A DNA stretch of 52,949 nucleotides. Source: Fusobacteriota bacterium. GTDB lineage: Bacteria > Fusobacteriota > Fusobacteriia > Fusobacteriales > JBNJFI01. A program made the translations under genes and the position numbers. Every line of letters starts with the position of its first letter. The first letter of the stretch is position 1. Of the stretch, positions 9,214-18,901 are shown in pieces. The stretch lies in assembly GCA_051746725.1 (NCBI GenBank), contig JBNJFI010000005.1:1-52949 (forward strand), read 5' to 3'. The notes below the pieces were generated by a model. It was not told the origin of the DNA. It did no database searches and saw only the letters and a list, made by a program, of their open reading frames with translations.

Positions 9214-10194
9214 TTATCCTCCAAATATCTCAGTAAAGTTATATTCATTATCATATTTTAATAAAGTTTCTAAGTCCATATCTTTTTTGACATAAATATT
9301 TATTTTGTGTTCTGGATATGTATATACTTTTTCATTTGGTTTTTCTTTGACACCTGTAAATATATAATATGTATTATCTCGATATTCATACCCAATTTTT
9401 CCATTATTAATTAATATATATTTATTAGGTATTTTTATCATACTTCCATCTTCATTTTCCAATTCCTTTAAGTTTACTTCCTCCACATATATAGGAAGTT
9501 TATAATTTTGGATTTCACTATTTAGCTCTTGTTTTTCCATTTCTAAAATTACATCTTTATAATAATATTTCTTAGATATTTTTTCTTTTTCTTCTTTTTT
9601 GAAAAGTGAATCAATTTTCAAAACAAATTCTAAATCTGCTCTTTCTAATATTCCATACATTTTTTTTCTTCTTTGCTTTAAAGTATTAATTAATTTTTCT
9701 TTATCAAGCTCTGTATATTTTTTCTCATGATCATATTTAAGTTCTGTGTCATCTAAAATCCTGTTTAATATATATACCTGCCTATTTAGATATCCTTGAG
9801 TAGTATCTTTAAAATCATAAGTCTTATTTTGAGATAAGTTTTCCAGTGTTATTTTTTCTTCTCTTGAAAGAGATGAAGAAATTATTGATAACACCTCTTC
9901 TCCTTTTATTAGTTTTCGATTTTTTATTTTTTCGAGATCCTCATAAAATTCTTTAGATATTAGAAGAGTATATTTATCTTTATTTAAAAATACTTTCTGA
10001 ACAAAAATATCCAAATTTTCATAGAAATTATTTTTTATATAGATTTTTTCTGGATAATTCAATTCATATATTTCTAAATTATATTCTCCTTTAGAAATTT
10101 TAAAAGGCACTTTCTCCTCTGGAACTTCTTTTAGTTCAACATAACTACATCCAGTAATTATTAATAAAATCAGTAATTTCAAAATATATTTCAT
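9214..10194 (-). CDS. Hypothetical lipoprotein
   Basis: 326 aa; signal peptide with lipobox MKYILKLLILLIITG-C; ATGA overlap with the upstream gene. Confidence 0.75.
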   Translation of the reverse strand: MKYILKLLILLIITGCSYVELKEVPEEKVPFKISKGEYNLEIYELNYPEKIYIKNNFYENLDIFVQKVFLNKDKYTLLISKEFYEDLEKIKNRKLIKGEEVLSIISSSLSREEKITLENLSQNKTYDFKDTTQGYLNRQVYILNRILDDTELKYDHEKKYTELDKEKLINTLKQRRKKMYGILERADLEFVLKIDSLFKKEEKEKISKKYYYKDVILEMEKQELNSEIQNYKLPIYVEEVNLKELENEDGSMIKIPNKYILINNGKIGYEYRDNTYYIFTGVKEKPNEKVYTYPEHKINIYVKKDMDLETLLKYDNEYNFTEIFGG

Positions 10195-11228
10195 TTTTTA
10201 ATACCCTCAATATACTTAGTTAAGTGTTTTTTATGAGATAAATCAACCCGCGTCTTACCATTTTCATCTTGAACATCAACAACTGGTCTAAAAGGATTAT
10301 CATTGGCCTTTACCACTGTCGCTATATCTCCTGTATTTAATTTTACAACACTATTTATAGGATATATCGGCATCTTTTTTAAAAATTTCTTTATTATCTT
10401 ATGATCAATCTTTTTTGTTGCTGATTCCATTATCATCTTCATTGCATCATAATAAATAAATTTATTTCTATATTGTCTTTCTTCGGTTAAAGCTGAATAT
10501 ATATCAGCTATCGCCATTATTTTTGCTTCTTCTGATATTTCATCCCCTTCTAATCCATCTGGATACCCAGAACCATCTATTTTTTCATGATGATGTTTTA
10601 TTATATCTATTATATCTTCATCTAGATCGAGATCCTCTAACATCTTAACACCTTGTTTTGTATGCTCTTGTATTTTTTCCCGTTCCTCATCACTCAATTT
10701 TTCTTTTTTATTTACGATATTATCATCTATTTTGAGCATACCTACGTCATGCAAAAAAGCTCCTTTTGCCAATTTTTTTAATCTCTCATCATCATAACCT
10801 AAGCTCTTACCTATAATTGAAGCTATCGCCATGGAATTTAAAGAGTGTTGAAAAATATAATTTTTTTCTTTTTTATTCTTTAATAACCTAATTAAAATGT
10901 CTTCATCTTCATTCAAGTCTGCTATAGTAGTATCGATAATCTTTTGTAATTCTTCTTTTTCAAATTCCCCATCATCCATCTTTTCTATAATTTTTTTACT
11001 TGCTTCTAAATTTTTTTTATAATGTTCATTAAACTTTTTGGAAATTTTTTCTTCTTGTTCAAACACATCTTCATCTTTTATTTCTACTTTCAATATTTTA
11101 TACTTTTTTATCGTATCAATTGCTTTAGATGTTAATTTTTCTCCTTTTTCTAATATCAAATTATCGCCATAATATACTGATTTTCCTAAAACCATTCCCT
11201 CTTCTAATTCATTATAATTCTTTATCAT
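10191..11228 (-). CDS. HD-GYP domain c-di-GMP phosphodiesterase
   Basis: FQHS, LHDVG, HHHEKIDGSGYPDGL, IADIYSALTEERQYR; typical N-terminal LEEGMVLGKSV and C-terminal YPINSVVKLNTG segments. Confidence 0.92.
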   Translation of the reverse strand: MIKNYNELEEGMVLGKSVYYGDNLILEKGEKLTSKAIDTIKKYKILKVEIKDEDVFEQEEKISKKFNEHYKKNLEASKKIIEKMDDGEFEKEELQKIIDTTIADLNEDEDILIRLLKNKKEKNYIFQHSLNSMAIASIIGKSLGYDDERLKKLAKGAFLHDVGMLKIDDNIVNKKEKLSDEEREKIQEHTKQGVKMLEDLDLDEDIIDIIKHHHEKIDGSGYPDGLEGDEISEEAKIMAIADIYSALTEERQYRNKFIYYDAMKMIMESATKKIDHKIIKKFLKKMPIYPINSVVKLNTGDIATVVKANDNPFRPVVDVQDENGKTRVDLSHKKHLTKYIEGIKK

Positions 11229-11592
11229 CTGAATCCCCTCCTAATATTTTTTTGATCTTTTTCCCCAAAATATGCATCTCAAAAGGTTTTTTTATGAATT
11301 CTTGAATTTCTTCATCTAGCATTTCAATTACACTCTCCATATTATGAAAAGCTGAAATAACAAATATTGGAATACTTTTATCAATTTCTCTTATTAATTG
11401 TATTCCTTCGAGTCCGTTTGTTTGAGGCAACTGTATATCTAATAATATTAAATCTATATCTCCTTTTTGAAGTTTATTAATTCCATTTTTTATTCTAGAT
11501 GCTTCAGCATATCTATAACCTAAATCTTCAATGACTTCTTTTAAAAGTTCCCTTATAACAGGTTCATCATCTATAACTAATACTTTTTTCAC
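11212..11592 (-). CDS. Single-domain response regulator receiver
   Basis: VLVIDDE, LLDIQLPQTNG (phosphoacceptor Asp), ISA, KKPF; GTG start overlaps the uvrC stop. Confidence 0.9.
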   Translation of the reverse strand: MKKVLVIDDEPVIRELLKEVIEDLGYRYAEASRIKNGINKLQKGDIDLILLDIQLPQTNGLEGIQLIREIDKSIPIFVISAFHNMESVIEMLDEEIQEFIKKPFEMHILGKKIKKILGGDSDDKEL

Positions 11593-13412
11593 TTTTTTCC
11601 CCTTTCTTTTATTCTTCTAGCCACTTTTTCAGGAACTACTTCCATTAATTTTTCTATAGAGGTATTTTTTATTCTTTTATATGATTTAAATTTATTTAAA
11701 AGTTCTCTTTTCCGTTTTGGTCCAATCCCTTTTATGTTATCTAATTGTCCATTCATAATCCTCTTTTTTCGTAATTTTCTATGGTAAGTTATTCCAAATC
11801 TATGTGCTTCATCTCTAAGTCTTTGTAATATTTTTATTCCCTCTGTATTTATATCTAGTCGATAAGGTCTTTTGTCTCCAGCTTTAAAAACTAACTCCTC
11901 TTTTTTAGCAATACTTATAATATCTAAATATTTTAATTTGTCCTCTTTTTCTAAAACCTCTTTTGCAATTCCTAATTGACCCTTTCCACCATCAATAAGT
12001 ATTAAATCAGGAAGATCAGAAATATCAAGTTTTGAATATCTCCGTGTTAGAACTTCTCTCATCATTCTAAAATCATCTGGAGATTGCTCACCTCTTATTT
12101 TAAATTTTCTATAATCTTTTTTGCTTTTTCTTCCCTTCACAAACACACTCATGGCTCCTACTGCATCTTTCCCTTGAATATTTGATATATCAAAGCATTC
12201 TATTTTAATTGGGATTCTTTTTAATTTTAACTTGGTTTTTAACTGATTTAAACCAGCTTTTATAACTTTTCGTTTTAAAAAATATTTACTTATCTTTTCT
12301 TCTAAATTTATATTGGCCATATTTAATAACCTCATATGTCTACTTTTTATTTTAGGAAACATAAGGTGTACAGATCCTCTTTTTTTATTAGTTTTGTTTT
12401 CTTCCATTTTTTCAATCCATTTCAAGATAAGTTCTTGTTTGATTTCATCTTTTTTATGTAATATTATATTTCTAGGTAAAGGATAATTATCATAATATTG
12501 AACAAATATCTTTTCAAAATCAGAACCATCTAGATCAAACTCAGACCTAAACCTTAAGTCATTATCGCCTATTATTTTTCCATCTCTTATATTTAATACA
12601 TATATAAACATATAATTTCCTTCTCGTTTATACACGAATACATCTTCATCTATTTTTTTACCATATTCAGAAATCTGAGTTTTATTAAGTTTTTTTATTT
12701 CGTTTATTTTTTCTCTATAAACTATTGCTTTTTCATAATCTTTTTTTTCTGAAAAATTCATCATTTTATCTTTTAATTCACTTATAATTTCTTGATTTTC
12801 ACCTTTTAGACTTCTTTTTAATCTTTCAACATGGATATCATATTCCTTTTTTATATTTTTTTTCACACATGGAGCAATACATCTTTTCATATGATATTTT
12901 AAACACGGTCTTTTATATTTTTTTGACATATCTTTTTTGCAATCTCTAATTGGAAAAGTTTTTTGTAATATTTTTATTATCTTATAAACTCCACTTGTAT
13001 ATGGTCCAAAATAATCTCCACTTTTAGATTTTAATTTATTTCGGTTTCGTATGATTTCCAATTTTGGATATTTTTCATTAGTAATTTTAATATAAGGATA
13101 GGTCTTTTCATCCTTTAAAACAATATTATATTTTGGCTTATATTTTTTTATTAAATTATTTTCAACTAATAGTGCATCTAATTCTGTTCCACAAATTATA
13201 TAATCTATTTTTTTTATTTTCCGGACCATCTTTTGAACTTTTTTTCTTACAAAAGTCTTTTTAGTAAAATAAGAACTTACTCTATTTTTTAAATTTTTGG
13301 CTTTCCCTACATATATAACCTTGTTATAATTATCTTTCATCAAATATACACCTGGCTGTGTAGGTATATTATCTATAATTCCCTCTGGAGCTACCATCTC
13401 TTTTTCCATCAT
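11589..13412 (-). CDS. uvrC: Excinuclease ABC subunit C
   Basis: GIY-YIG PGVYLMK..IYVGKAKNL, Cys cluster, IECFDISN, LILIDGGKGQ, RDEAHRFG, HhH IKGIGPKR. Confidence 0.97.
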   Translation of the reverse strand: MMEKEMVAPEGIIDNIPTQPGVYLMKDNYNKVIYVGKAKNLKNRVSSYFTKKTFVRKKVQKMVRKIKKIDYIICGTELDALLVENNLIKKYKPKYNIVLKDEKTYPYIKITNEKYPKLEIIRNRNKLKSKSGDYFGPYTSGVYKIIKILQKTFPIRDCKKDMSKKYKRPCLKYHMKRCIAPCVKKNIKKEYDIHVERLKRSLKGENQEIISELKDKMMNFSEKKDYEKAIVYREKINEIKKLNKTQISEYGKKIDEDVFVYKREGNYMFIYVLNIRDGKIIGDNDLRFRSEFDLDGSDFEKIFVQYYDNYPLPRNIILHKKDEIKQELILKWIEKMEENKTNKKRGSVHLMFPKIKSRHMRLLNMANINLEEKISKYFLKRKVIKAGLNQLKTKLKLKRIPIKIECFDISNIQGKDAVGAMSVFVKGRKSKKDYRKFKIRGEQSPDDFRMMREVLTRRYSKLDISDLPDLILIDGGKGQLGIAKEVLEKEDKLKYLDIISIAKKEELVFKAGDKRPYRLDINTEGIKILQRLRDEAHRFGITYHRKLRKKRIMNGQLDNIKGIGPKRKRELLNKFKSYKRIKNTSIEKLMEVVPEKVARRIKERGKK

Positions 13413-14281
13413 TATTTATTTTCATCCCTATGACTAAGTGTAATATAATAATCTTGTTTTCCACTATAAAAATCATATAACTTATTTACAAAAGTAACTG
13501 ACCTATGATGTCCTCCTGTGCAACCTATTCCAATTGTAACGTAGGATTTCCCCTCTTTTTTATATTGAGGTAATAAAAAATCTAACATATTGGTTAATTT
13601 ATCAAAAAAGGCCTGACTCTGCTCAAATTTCATAACATAATCTTGAACCTCTTTATCATTTCCAGTTTTCAATCGCAAATCCTCTTTATAAAAAGGATTT
13701 GGTAAAAATCTTACATCAAACAATAGATCTATATCCAATGGAATACCATATTTAAAACCAAATGAGATAAAAACAATATTCATATGTGGATTTATTTTAT
13801 CAGAAAACTTTTGTTCTAGTTTTTCTTTTAACTCAAATCTAGATAATTCCGAAGTATCTATAATTAAAGTCGCCATTTTTTTTATCTCTTCTAATTCTCT
13901 TCTCTCTTTTTTTATACTTTCAAGTAGAGTATCCTCTTTATCTAAAGGATGCTTCCGGCGAGTTTCTTTAAATCTATTTAATAATATATCATTTTTAGCA
14001 TCTAAAAATATAGTTTTATAATTTATATTATTTTCCCTTAATTTTTTTAACTCACAAAAAAAACTGTCTAAGAAATTTTTATCTCTCATATCAATAACAA
14101 AAGCTACCTTTTCTATTTTCCCATTACTTTTGGTATAAATATCTATAAAGTTACTTAATAAACTAGCTGGTAAATTATCTATACAAAAATATCCTCTATC
14201 TTCAAAGTAATTTATAGCTTCAGTTTTTCCTGCTCCTGACATCCCAGTTATTATTAAAAATTCCTGTGTTCTATTTACCAT
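13412..14281 (-). CDS. rapZ: RNase adapter RapZ (YvcJ/YhbJ family P-loop protein)
   Basis: ITGMSGAGKT, YFCIDNLP, ETRRKHPL, SFGFKYGIP, DVRFLPNP, IGCTGGHHRSV. Confidence 0.96.
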   Translation of the reverse strand: MVNRTQEFLIITGMSGAGKTEAINYFEDRGYFCIDNLPASLLSNFIDIYTKSNGKIEKVAFVIDMRDKNFLDSFFCELKKLRENNINYKTIFLDAKNDILLNRFKETRRKHPLDKEDTLLESIKKERRELEEIKKMATLIIDTSELSRFELKEKLEQKFSDKINPHMNIVFISFGFKYGIPLDIDLLFDVRFLPNPFYKEDLRLKTGNDKEVQDYVMKFEQSQAFFDKLTNMLDFLLPQYKKEGKSYVTIGIGCTGGHHRSVTFVNKLYDFYSGKQDYYITLSHRDENK

Positions 14282-14293
14282 CTAATACTAACC

Positions 14294-15586
14294 TCATTTC
14301 TGTTTTTTAGTAAATATGACTTCTGAACCATTTTTCCTAAATTTTAAAGAATTTACAACCTTTTCAACTAAAAAAATTCCTCTATTACCTTTACCATCTA
14401 ATACTTGATTATAATCAAATCCTTTTCCTTGATCAATAATAGAAACCTTTAATTCATCTTTGCTAAATCCATATTTTATAACCACTCTTTTAAATTCATC
14501 ATACTTATTTCCATGTATAATTGCATTAGTTAAAAGTTCATCCAAAGCTAGATTAATATCTCGTTTTGCACCTAAATCAAATCCTTTTAGATCTGCTTCA
14601 TTTAAAATCTCTTTTTTCACTTTGTCTATTTTATTTATTTTAGAAAATATTTTTATTGATACTAATTGTGAGTCATCTTCGGCTCGAATCTTATTTATAG
14701 GCATCTCTATTTCAATATTTCTCTTGTCAATATGAATGCTGCAATTGATATTATCATATTCTTTGATAAGATCTAACTTATCTCCTAAAATAGTAATTAT
14801 ATCTTGTTCCTGACTTTTTAAATTAACTTCTAATTTTTTTTCTTTTATTTGAACTCGGATTTCATTGTTCCCACCTCTAAATGCTGTGCTTATTATTTTT
14901 ATTAGTGATATAAGTTTATCATATCCTAAAATTTGAATATAAAATTTGTCATTCTTATTCTGGTCTATGTAATTAATTTGAGCTCTATTCCTTGCCCCTT
15001 TAGAAATGTCTTCTCTTATTGTTTGAAAACTTATAAATTGATCTCTTTTTATATTCAGATTCCCATGAGTTTCAATGTAATTATCTAAAAGTCTTAATTT
15101 ATTTCCTAATTTTAATAACTTTTTAGTCTCCTTATCTTGATATTGGAGATTGGAAATGATATTTTCTACCTCGTCATGTATTCTTTTAACTCTTTTTCTT
15201 AACTCATTTTGATTATTAAAGATTTCATCCCTTATTTGTTTATTAGCTTTCTCCTGATTTGATAATTTCCTTTCTAATTTGACAGATTTTTCAGTGTCTT
15301 GATCAACTAAAAAAATCATATCTTCTTTTACAATTATTTTATTATTTTCATAATTATATTCATTTTCATCTATTTTTTCTTCTATAATTTCTAATTTCTT
15401 TTCAGAAATATTTGAAACTTCATATCCCTCTAGTTCAAAATAAAAACCCATTGGCATATTTTTAATTTTTTTATTTAATTTTTTTATTATCTCTGATCTA
15501 CATTTTTCCTTTAAGTTATCTGTCCAATACATCCCTTTATAGAGTATTATCGTTAAAATCACCATTATAATAATGAAATATATCAT
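14294..15586 (-). CDS. Membrane-anchored protein with C-terminal RsbW-like (HATPase_c_2) kinase domain
   Basis: N-terminal TM helix, coiled coil; C-terminal LALDELLTNAIIHGN, IIDQGKGFD, GNRGIFLV. Confidence 0.75.
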   Translation of the reverse strand: MIYFIIIMVILTIILYKGMYWTDNLKEKCRSEIIKKLNKKIKNMPMGFYFELEGYEVSNISEKKLEIIEEKIDENEYNYENNKIIVKEDMIFLVDQDTEKSVKLERKLSNQEKANKQIRDEIFNNQNELRKRVKRIHDEVENIISNLQYQDKETKKLLKLGNKLRLLDNYIETHGNLNIKRDQFISFQTIREDISKGARNRAQINYIDQNKNDKFYIQILGYDKLISLIKIISTAFRGGNNEIRVQIKEKKLEVNLKSQEQDIITILGDKLDLIKEYDNINCSIHIDKRNIEIEMPINKIRAEDDSQLVSIKIFSKINKIDKVKKEILNEADLKGFDLGAKRDINLALDELLTNAIIHGNKYDEFKRVVIKYGFSKDELKVSIIDQGKGFDYNQVLDGKGNRGIFLVEKVVNSLKFRKNGSEVIFTKKQK

Positions 15587-16023
15587 TGTTTTAACTCCCC
15601 TTTTACAATTTCTTCTAAATCAATATAAATTTTAAACTTATAAGAAAACTCATAATAAATATCTCCTTCATTATTTATTCCAACCTCTATATCAAATCCT
15701 CTGGGAGCTCTGACCATCCTTAACATATCTTGTTTAATATTATCTAAATCATTAAGATAGGCTTCTCCTGTTAATACAATTTTTCCTATATTAAATAATT
15801 CAATATTTCTGACTATATCTTTTAATTTTTCTTCTTGCGATTTTAATTCTACTTTATTAGGATTATTATTTTCATATCTATTTTTGGTATTAAAAATTTC
15901 TTCTAACTGAGTATTATATAATTTTAATTCATATTTTTTTATAATATCTTGGCTTATTGCACTGGCCTTTATTTTATTGAATAATAATACAACTAATATA
16001 CATATCAACAATCCCTTTTTCAT
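15583..16023 (-). CDS. Hypothetical exported protein
   Basis: 146 aa with signal-peptide-like N-terminus (MKKGLLICILVVLLF..IKA); AGGAG SD; ATGA overlap with the next gene. Confidence 0.65.
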   Translation of the reverse strand: MKKGLLICILVVLLFNKIKASAISQDIIKKYELKLYNTQLEEIFNTKNRYENNNPNKVELKSQEEKLKDIVRNIELFNIGKIVLTGEAYLNDLDNIKQDMLRMVRAPRGFDIEVGINNEGDIYYEFSYKFKIYIDLEEIVKGELKQ

Positions 16024-16056
16024 TGGAATCTCCTAATTTAATTTTTAATAATTATT

Positions 16057-16097
16057 AGATATAAACAAAGGCGGGTTAACCGCCTTTGTTTATATCT
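16057..16097 (-). terminator. Intrinsic terminator after orphan cheW
   Basis: 18-bp inverted repeat AGATATAAACAAAGGCGG-GTTAA-CCGCCTTTGTTTATATCT overlapping the cheW stop. Confidence 0.8.
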
Positions 16098-16563
16098 CTT
16101 TTAATTTTTCTTCTTCTTTTTCTGATAAAATTTCATCAACATCTAAAATTGTAAGTAATCTGTTTTCTTCTTTTGCAATCCCACTGATATATCTTCCATC
16201 TACTCCTGAAACAACTTTAGGGGGTTCTTCTATAGTTGATACTTCAATTTTTTCAACTTCGGATATACTATCCACTCTTATTCCAAACTGTAAATCATCA
16301 GTTCTTAAAATTAATATTTTTTCGTTTACTTTATCTCCATCAGTATTCAAAGCGAATCTCTTTTTTAAATCCATTATTGGTATAATATTATCCCTTAAAT
16401 TTATAATCCCTTCTATAAAATCAGGCATATTTGGTAATTTAGTAACCTCTTCTTCCTTTATTATCTCTTGAACTTGTAAAATAGGAACACCATACATTGT
16501 TCCGTCCAATTCAAATATTACCACTTGTATTTCATTAACTCCACTAGTTTCTTCATTCACCAT
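16090..16563 (-). CDS. cheW: Chemotaxis adaptor CheW (orphan copy)
   Basis: VIFEL..YGVPI..VQEII, T.LPNMPDFIEGIINLRDNIIPIMDL, GIRVDSISEV. Confidence 0.93.
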   Translation of the reverse strand: MVNEETSGVNEIQVVIFELDGTMYGVPILQVQEIIKEEEVTKLPNMPDFIEGIINLRDNIIPIMDLKKRFALNTDGDKVNEKILILRTDDLQFGIRVDSISEVEKIEVSTIEEPPKVVSGVDGRYISGIAKEENRLLTILDVDEILSEKEEEKLKEI

Positions 16564-16975
16564 TATTCCCCTCCTTATATCTCTTTATCATTATTAATTT
16601 GGTTCCATCTTTTAAATGTTTATACTTAACTACATCCATCACTTCTGATATAATATGTACCCCAAGTCCCCCTTCACGAAATTCGTCTAGTTTTCGACTT
16701 GCAATTTTATTCAGATCTTTTTTTACACCATAGTCAGTTAATATGAATTTCAGATTCTTATTATCTTTTTTGATTTTAAAATTTATTACAGATCTTTCAT
16801 CGCCAAAATAAGCATGCTCAATAATATTAGCTATAGCTTCAGATATCGCCAAGCCAATTAAAGTTCTTTCTTGCTTATCTTTAAAATACTCAATCATTAA
16901 ATCACTAAGCATATTTTTAATCAGTCTAATATACATGTATTTTGATAAAATCTTTAAATTGAGTACCTGCTCCAT
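16553..16975 (-). CDS. RsbW/SpoIIAB-like anti-sigma factor Ser/Thr kinase
   Basis: LAISEAIANIIEHAY (N box), TDYG (G1), REGGLGVHIISEVMD (G2). Start moved to ATG 16975 to remove the overlap with argS. Confidence 0.88.
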   Translation of the reverse strand: MEQVLNLKILSKYMYIRLIKNMLSDLMIEYFKDKQERTLIGLAISEAIANIIEHAYFGDERSVINFKIKKDNKNLKFILTDYGVKKDLNKIASRKLDEFREGGLGVHIISEVMDVVKYKHLKDGTKLIMIKRYKEGNNGE

Positions 16976-16988
16976 ATAAATCAATCCC

Positions 16989-18629
16989 TTACATTTTTTC
17001 AGGTGCATTAACGCCAATTAGATTTAAAGTATTTTTAATAACAATCCTTATAGTTTTTATTAAAGTAAGTCTTGCTATACTTAAATCTTTATCATCTACT
17101 AATACCCTATGTTTATTATAAAAACTGTGTAATAACGATGCCAAATCATAAGCATATTTCAAAATTCTATGAACCTCATAAGTTTCAGCAACTAATTTTA
17201 CTATTTCTGGAAATTCATCTAGTTTTTTTATAATTCGTATTTCTTCCTCTTCAACAAGTAAGTTTAACTTATAATTAGTATGTTTGTCAAGTTCAATTTC
17301 ATTATTTCTTAAAATTGATGAACTTCTTGCATAAGCATATTGAATATAATAAACTGGATTATCTTTAGATTTCTTTTTTGCTTCTTCTAAATCAAAGTCA
17401 AATTGGCTATCACTGCTTCTCATTATAAAGGACATTCTAGAAGCCTCAACTCCTATTTCATCAATGAGATCTCTTATTGTTATAAATTTACCAGTCCGTT
17501 TTGACATTGCAAATGGTTCCCCATCTTTATAAAGGTTTACAATTTGAACCAAGATAACATCTAATGCCTCTTTACCAAATCCCATTGCTTCAAGGGCTGC
17601 TTTTACACGTTGAACATAACCATGATGATCTGCCCCCCAAACATTAATAAGTTTTTCAAATCCTCTATTCATTTTATCTTTGTGATAAGCTATATCAGAA
17701 GCATAATAAGTAGATATACCATTATCTCTAACTACTACTCGATCTTTATCATCACCAAACTTTTTTGTATTAAACCACTTTGCTCCATCTTTAAGATATA
17801 TAAATCCTTTTTCTTCTAAATCTTTAATAACTCTTTGAACTTTGTCATCTTTAAATAAACTTTTTTCACTATACCAATTATCAAAATTAATTCCAAACTG
17901 ATCTAAATCTTTTTTTATTTCCATTATACACCAATCTAAGCCATATTCTCTAAAAAAATCTTTAACTTGATCAAAGTCTTTATCATATTCATTTCCAAAT
18001 TCATTTTTAATATCTAAAGCAATCTCTTTTATGTAATTTCCATTATATCCATCTTCCATAAAATCTATATTTTCATCAAATAACTGTTTATATCTCAAAA
18101 AAATTGATTTAGCTAATGTATCGATTTGTTTACCTGCATCGTTCAAATAATATTCTCGAGACACATCATAACCTGCAAAGTCTAGAATGTTCGCCAAAAC
18201 ATCACCAACAACAGCTCCTCTTCCATGTCCAACATGGAGATAACCTGTTGGATTAGCACTTATATATTCCACAAGTGTTTTTTTATTTTTACCTATATCC
18301 AATCTTCCATAATTTTCTCTTTTTGTTAATATATCTTCTAAAACTTTCTCATAAGTTTTATTATCAAAATAAAAATTAATAAATCCTGGACCTGCTATAT
18401 CAATCTTTTTTATACTTTTGTCTTTAAAATTTTCCTTAATATCTATCGCTATATTTCTAGGTGAGTTTCTTAGCTTTCCCGCCAATTTCATTGCAATATT
18501 TGTAGAAAAATCTCCGTGTTCTTCATTATTAGGTCTTTCAATTTCAATATTATTTATAATTTTATCATCTATTTGTTTTTCTTTTAGTATCCTAATTAAT
18601 TCTGAAGATACTATTTCTTTCAAACTCAT
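16989..18629 (-). CDS. argS: Arginine--tRNA ligase
   Basis: HGDFSTNIA, AGPGFINF, VEYISANPTGYLHVGHGR, GADHHGY, MSKRTG, NPVYYIQYAYAR, GVNAPEKM. Likely start 18629 (GGAGG SD); ORF track starts at 18641. Confidence 0.98.
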   Translation of the reverse strand: MSLKEIVSSELIRILKEKQIDDKIINNIEIERPNNEEHGDFSTNIAMKLAGKLRNSPRNIAIDIKENFKDKSIKKIDIAGPGFINFYFDNKTYEKVLEDILTKRENYGRLDIGKNKKTLVEYISANPTGYLHVGHGRGAVVGDVLANILDFAGYDVSREYYLNDAGKQIDTLAKSIFLRYKQLFDENIDFMEDGYNGNYIKEIALDIKNEFGNEYDKDFDQVKDFFREYGLDWCIMEIKKDLDQFGINFDNWYSEKSLFKDDKVQRVIKDLEEKGFIYLKDGAKWFNTKKFGDDKDRVVVRDNGISTYYASDIAYHKDKMNRGFEKLINVWGADHHGYVQRVKAALEAMGFGKEALDVILVQIVNLYKDGEPFAMSKRTGKFITIRDLIDEIGVEASRMSFIMRSSDSQFDFDLEEAKKKSKDNPVYYIQYAYARSSSILRNNEIELDKHTNYKLNLLVEEEEIRIIKKLDEFPEIVKLVAETYEVHRILKYAYDLASLLHSFYNKHRVLVDDKDLSIARLTLIKTIRIVIKNTLNLIGVNAPEKM

Positions 18630-18672
18630 CTTTTCCTCCATTATTTTAGATTATAATTACTCTATTCTATAT

Positions 18673-18702
18673 AAAAAAAGACAATCTCTATAATTGTCTT
18701 TT
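18673..18702 (-). terminator. Intrinsic terminator of the 6S RNA/aspS transcript
   Basis: Minus strand AAAAGACAAT-TATAGAG-ATTGTCTTTTTTT. Confidence 0.7.
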
Positions 18703-18703
18703 G

Positions 18704-18899
18704 AGTCCCAGGCTGCCGTCTAAACTATTAAATTTGGTCTTTGTATTGACAAGTGGTAGCTAGTTATCTCAAACATACAGAATCCGTACAAGCTCTACGT
18801 CTAGTCGTGATCTACCTGATTTATCTGAGACAGAGCCAGCTCCATAAATAAAAGTGTTAGGCCAAATTGATATAACAAAGTCGAACAGCCCAGGATTTA
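18704..18899 (-). ncRNA. ssrS: 6S RNA (SsrS)
   Basis: About 195-nt rod: closing stem UCCUGGGCUGUU/GGCAGCCUGGGA, then AAUUUGG/CCAAAUU, a central unpaired bubble, then AGCUGG/CUAGCU and UGUCUCAGAUA/UGUUUGAGAUA. Position after hisS-aspS matches B. subtilis bsrA; terminator follows. Confidence 0.85.
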
Positions 18900-18901
18900 T
18901 C

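Noticed and set aside
18642..18901. T-box leader for argS
   Set aside because: No T-box consensus (AAT..GGGTGG.ACC) on the minus strand; end-to-end pairing with a central bubble fits 6S RNA better
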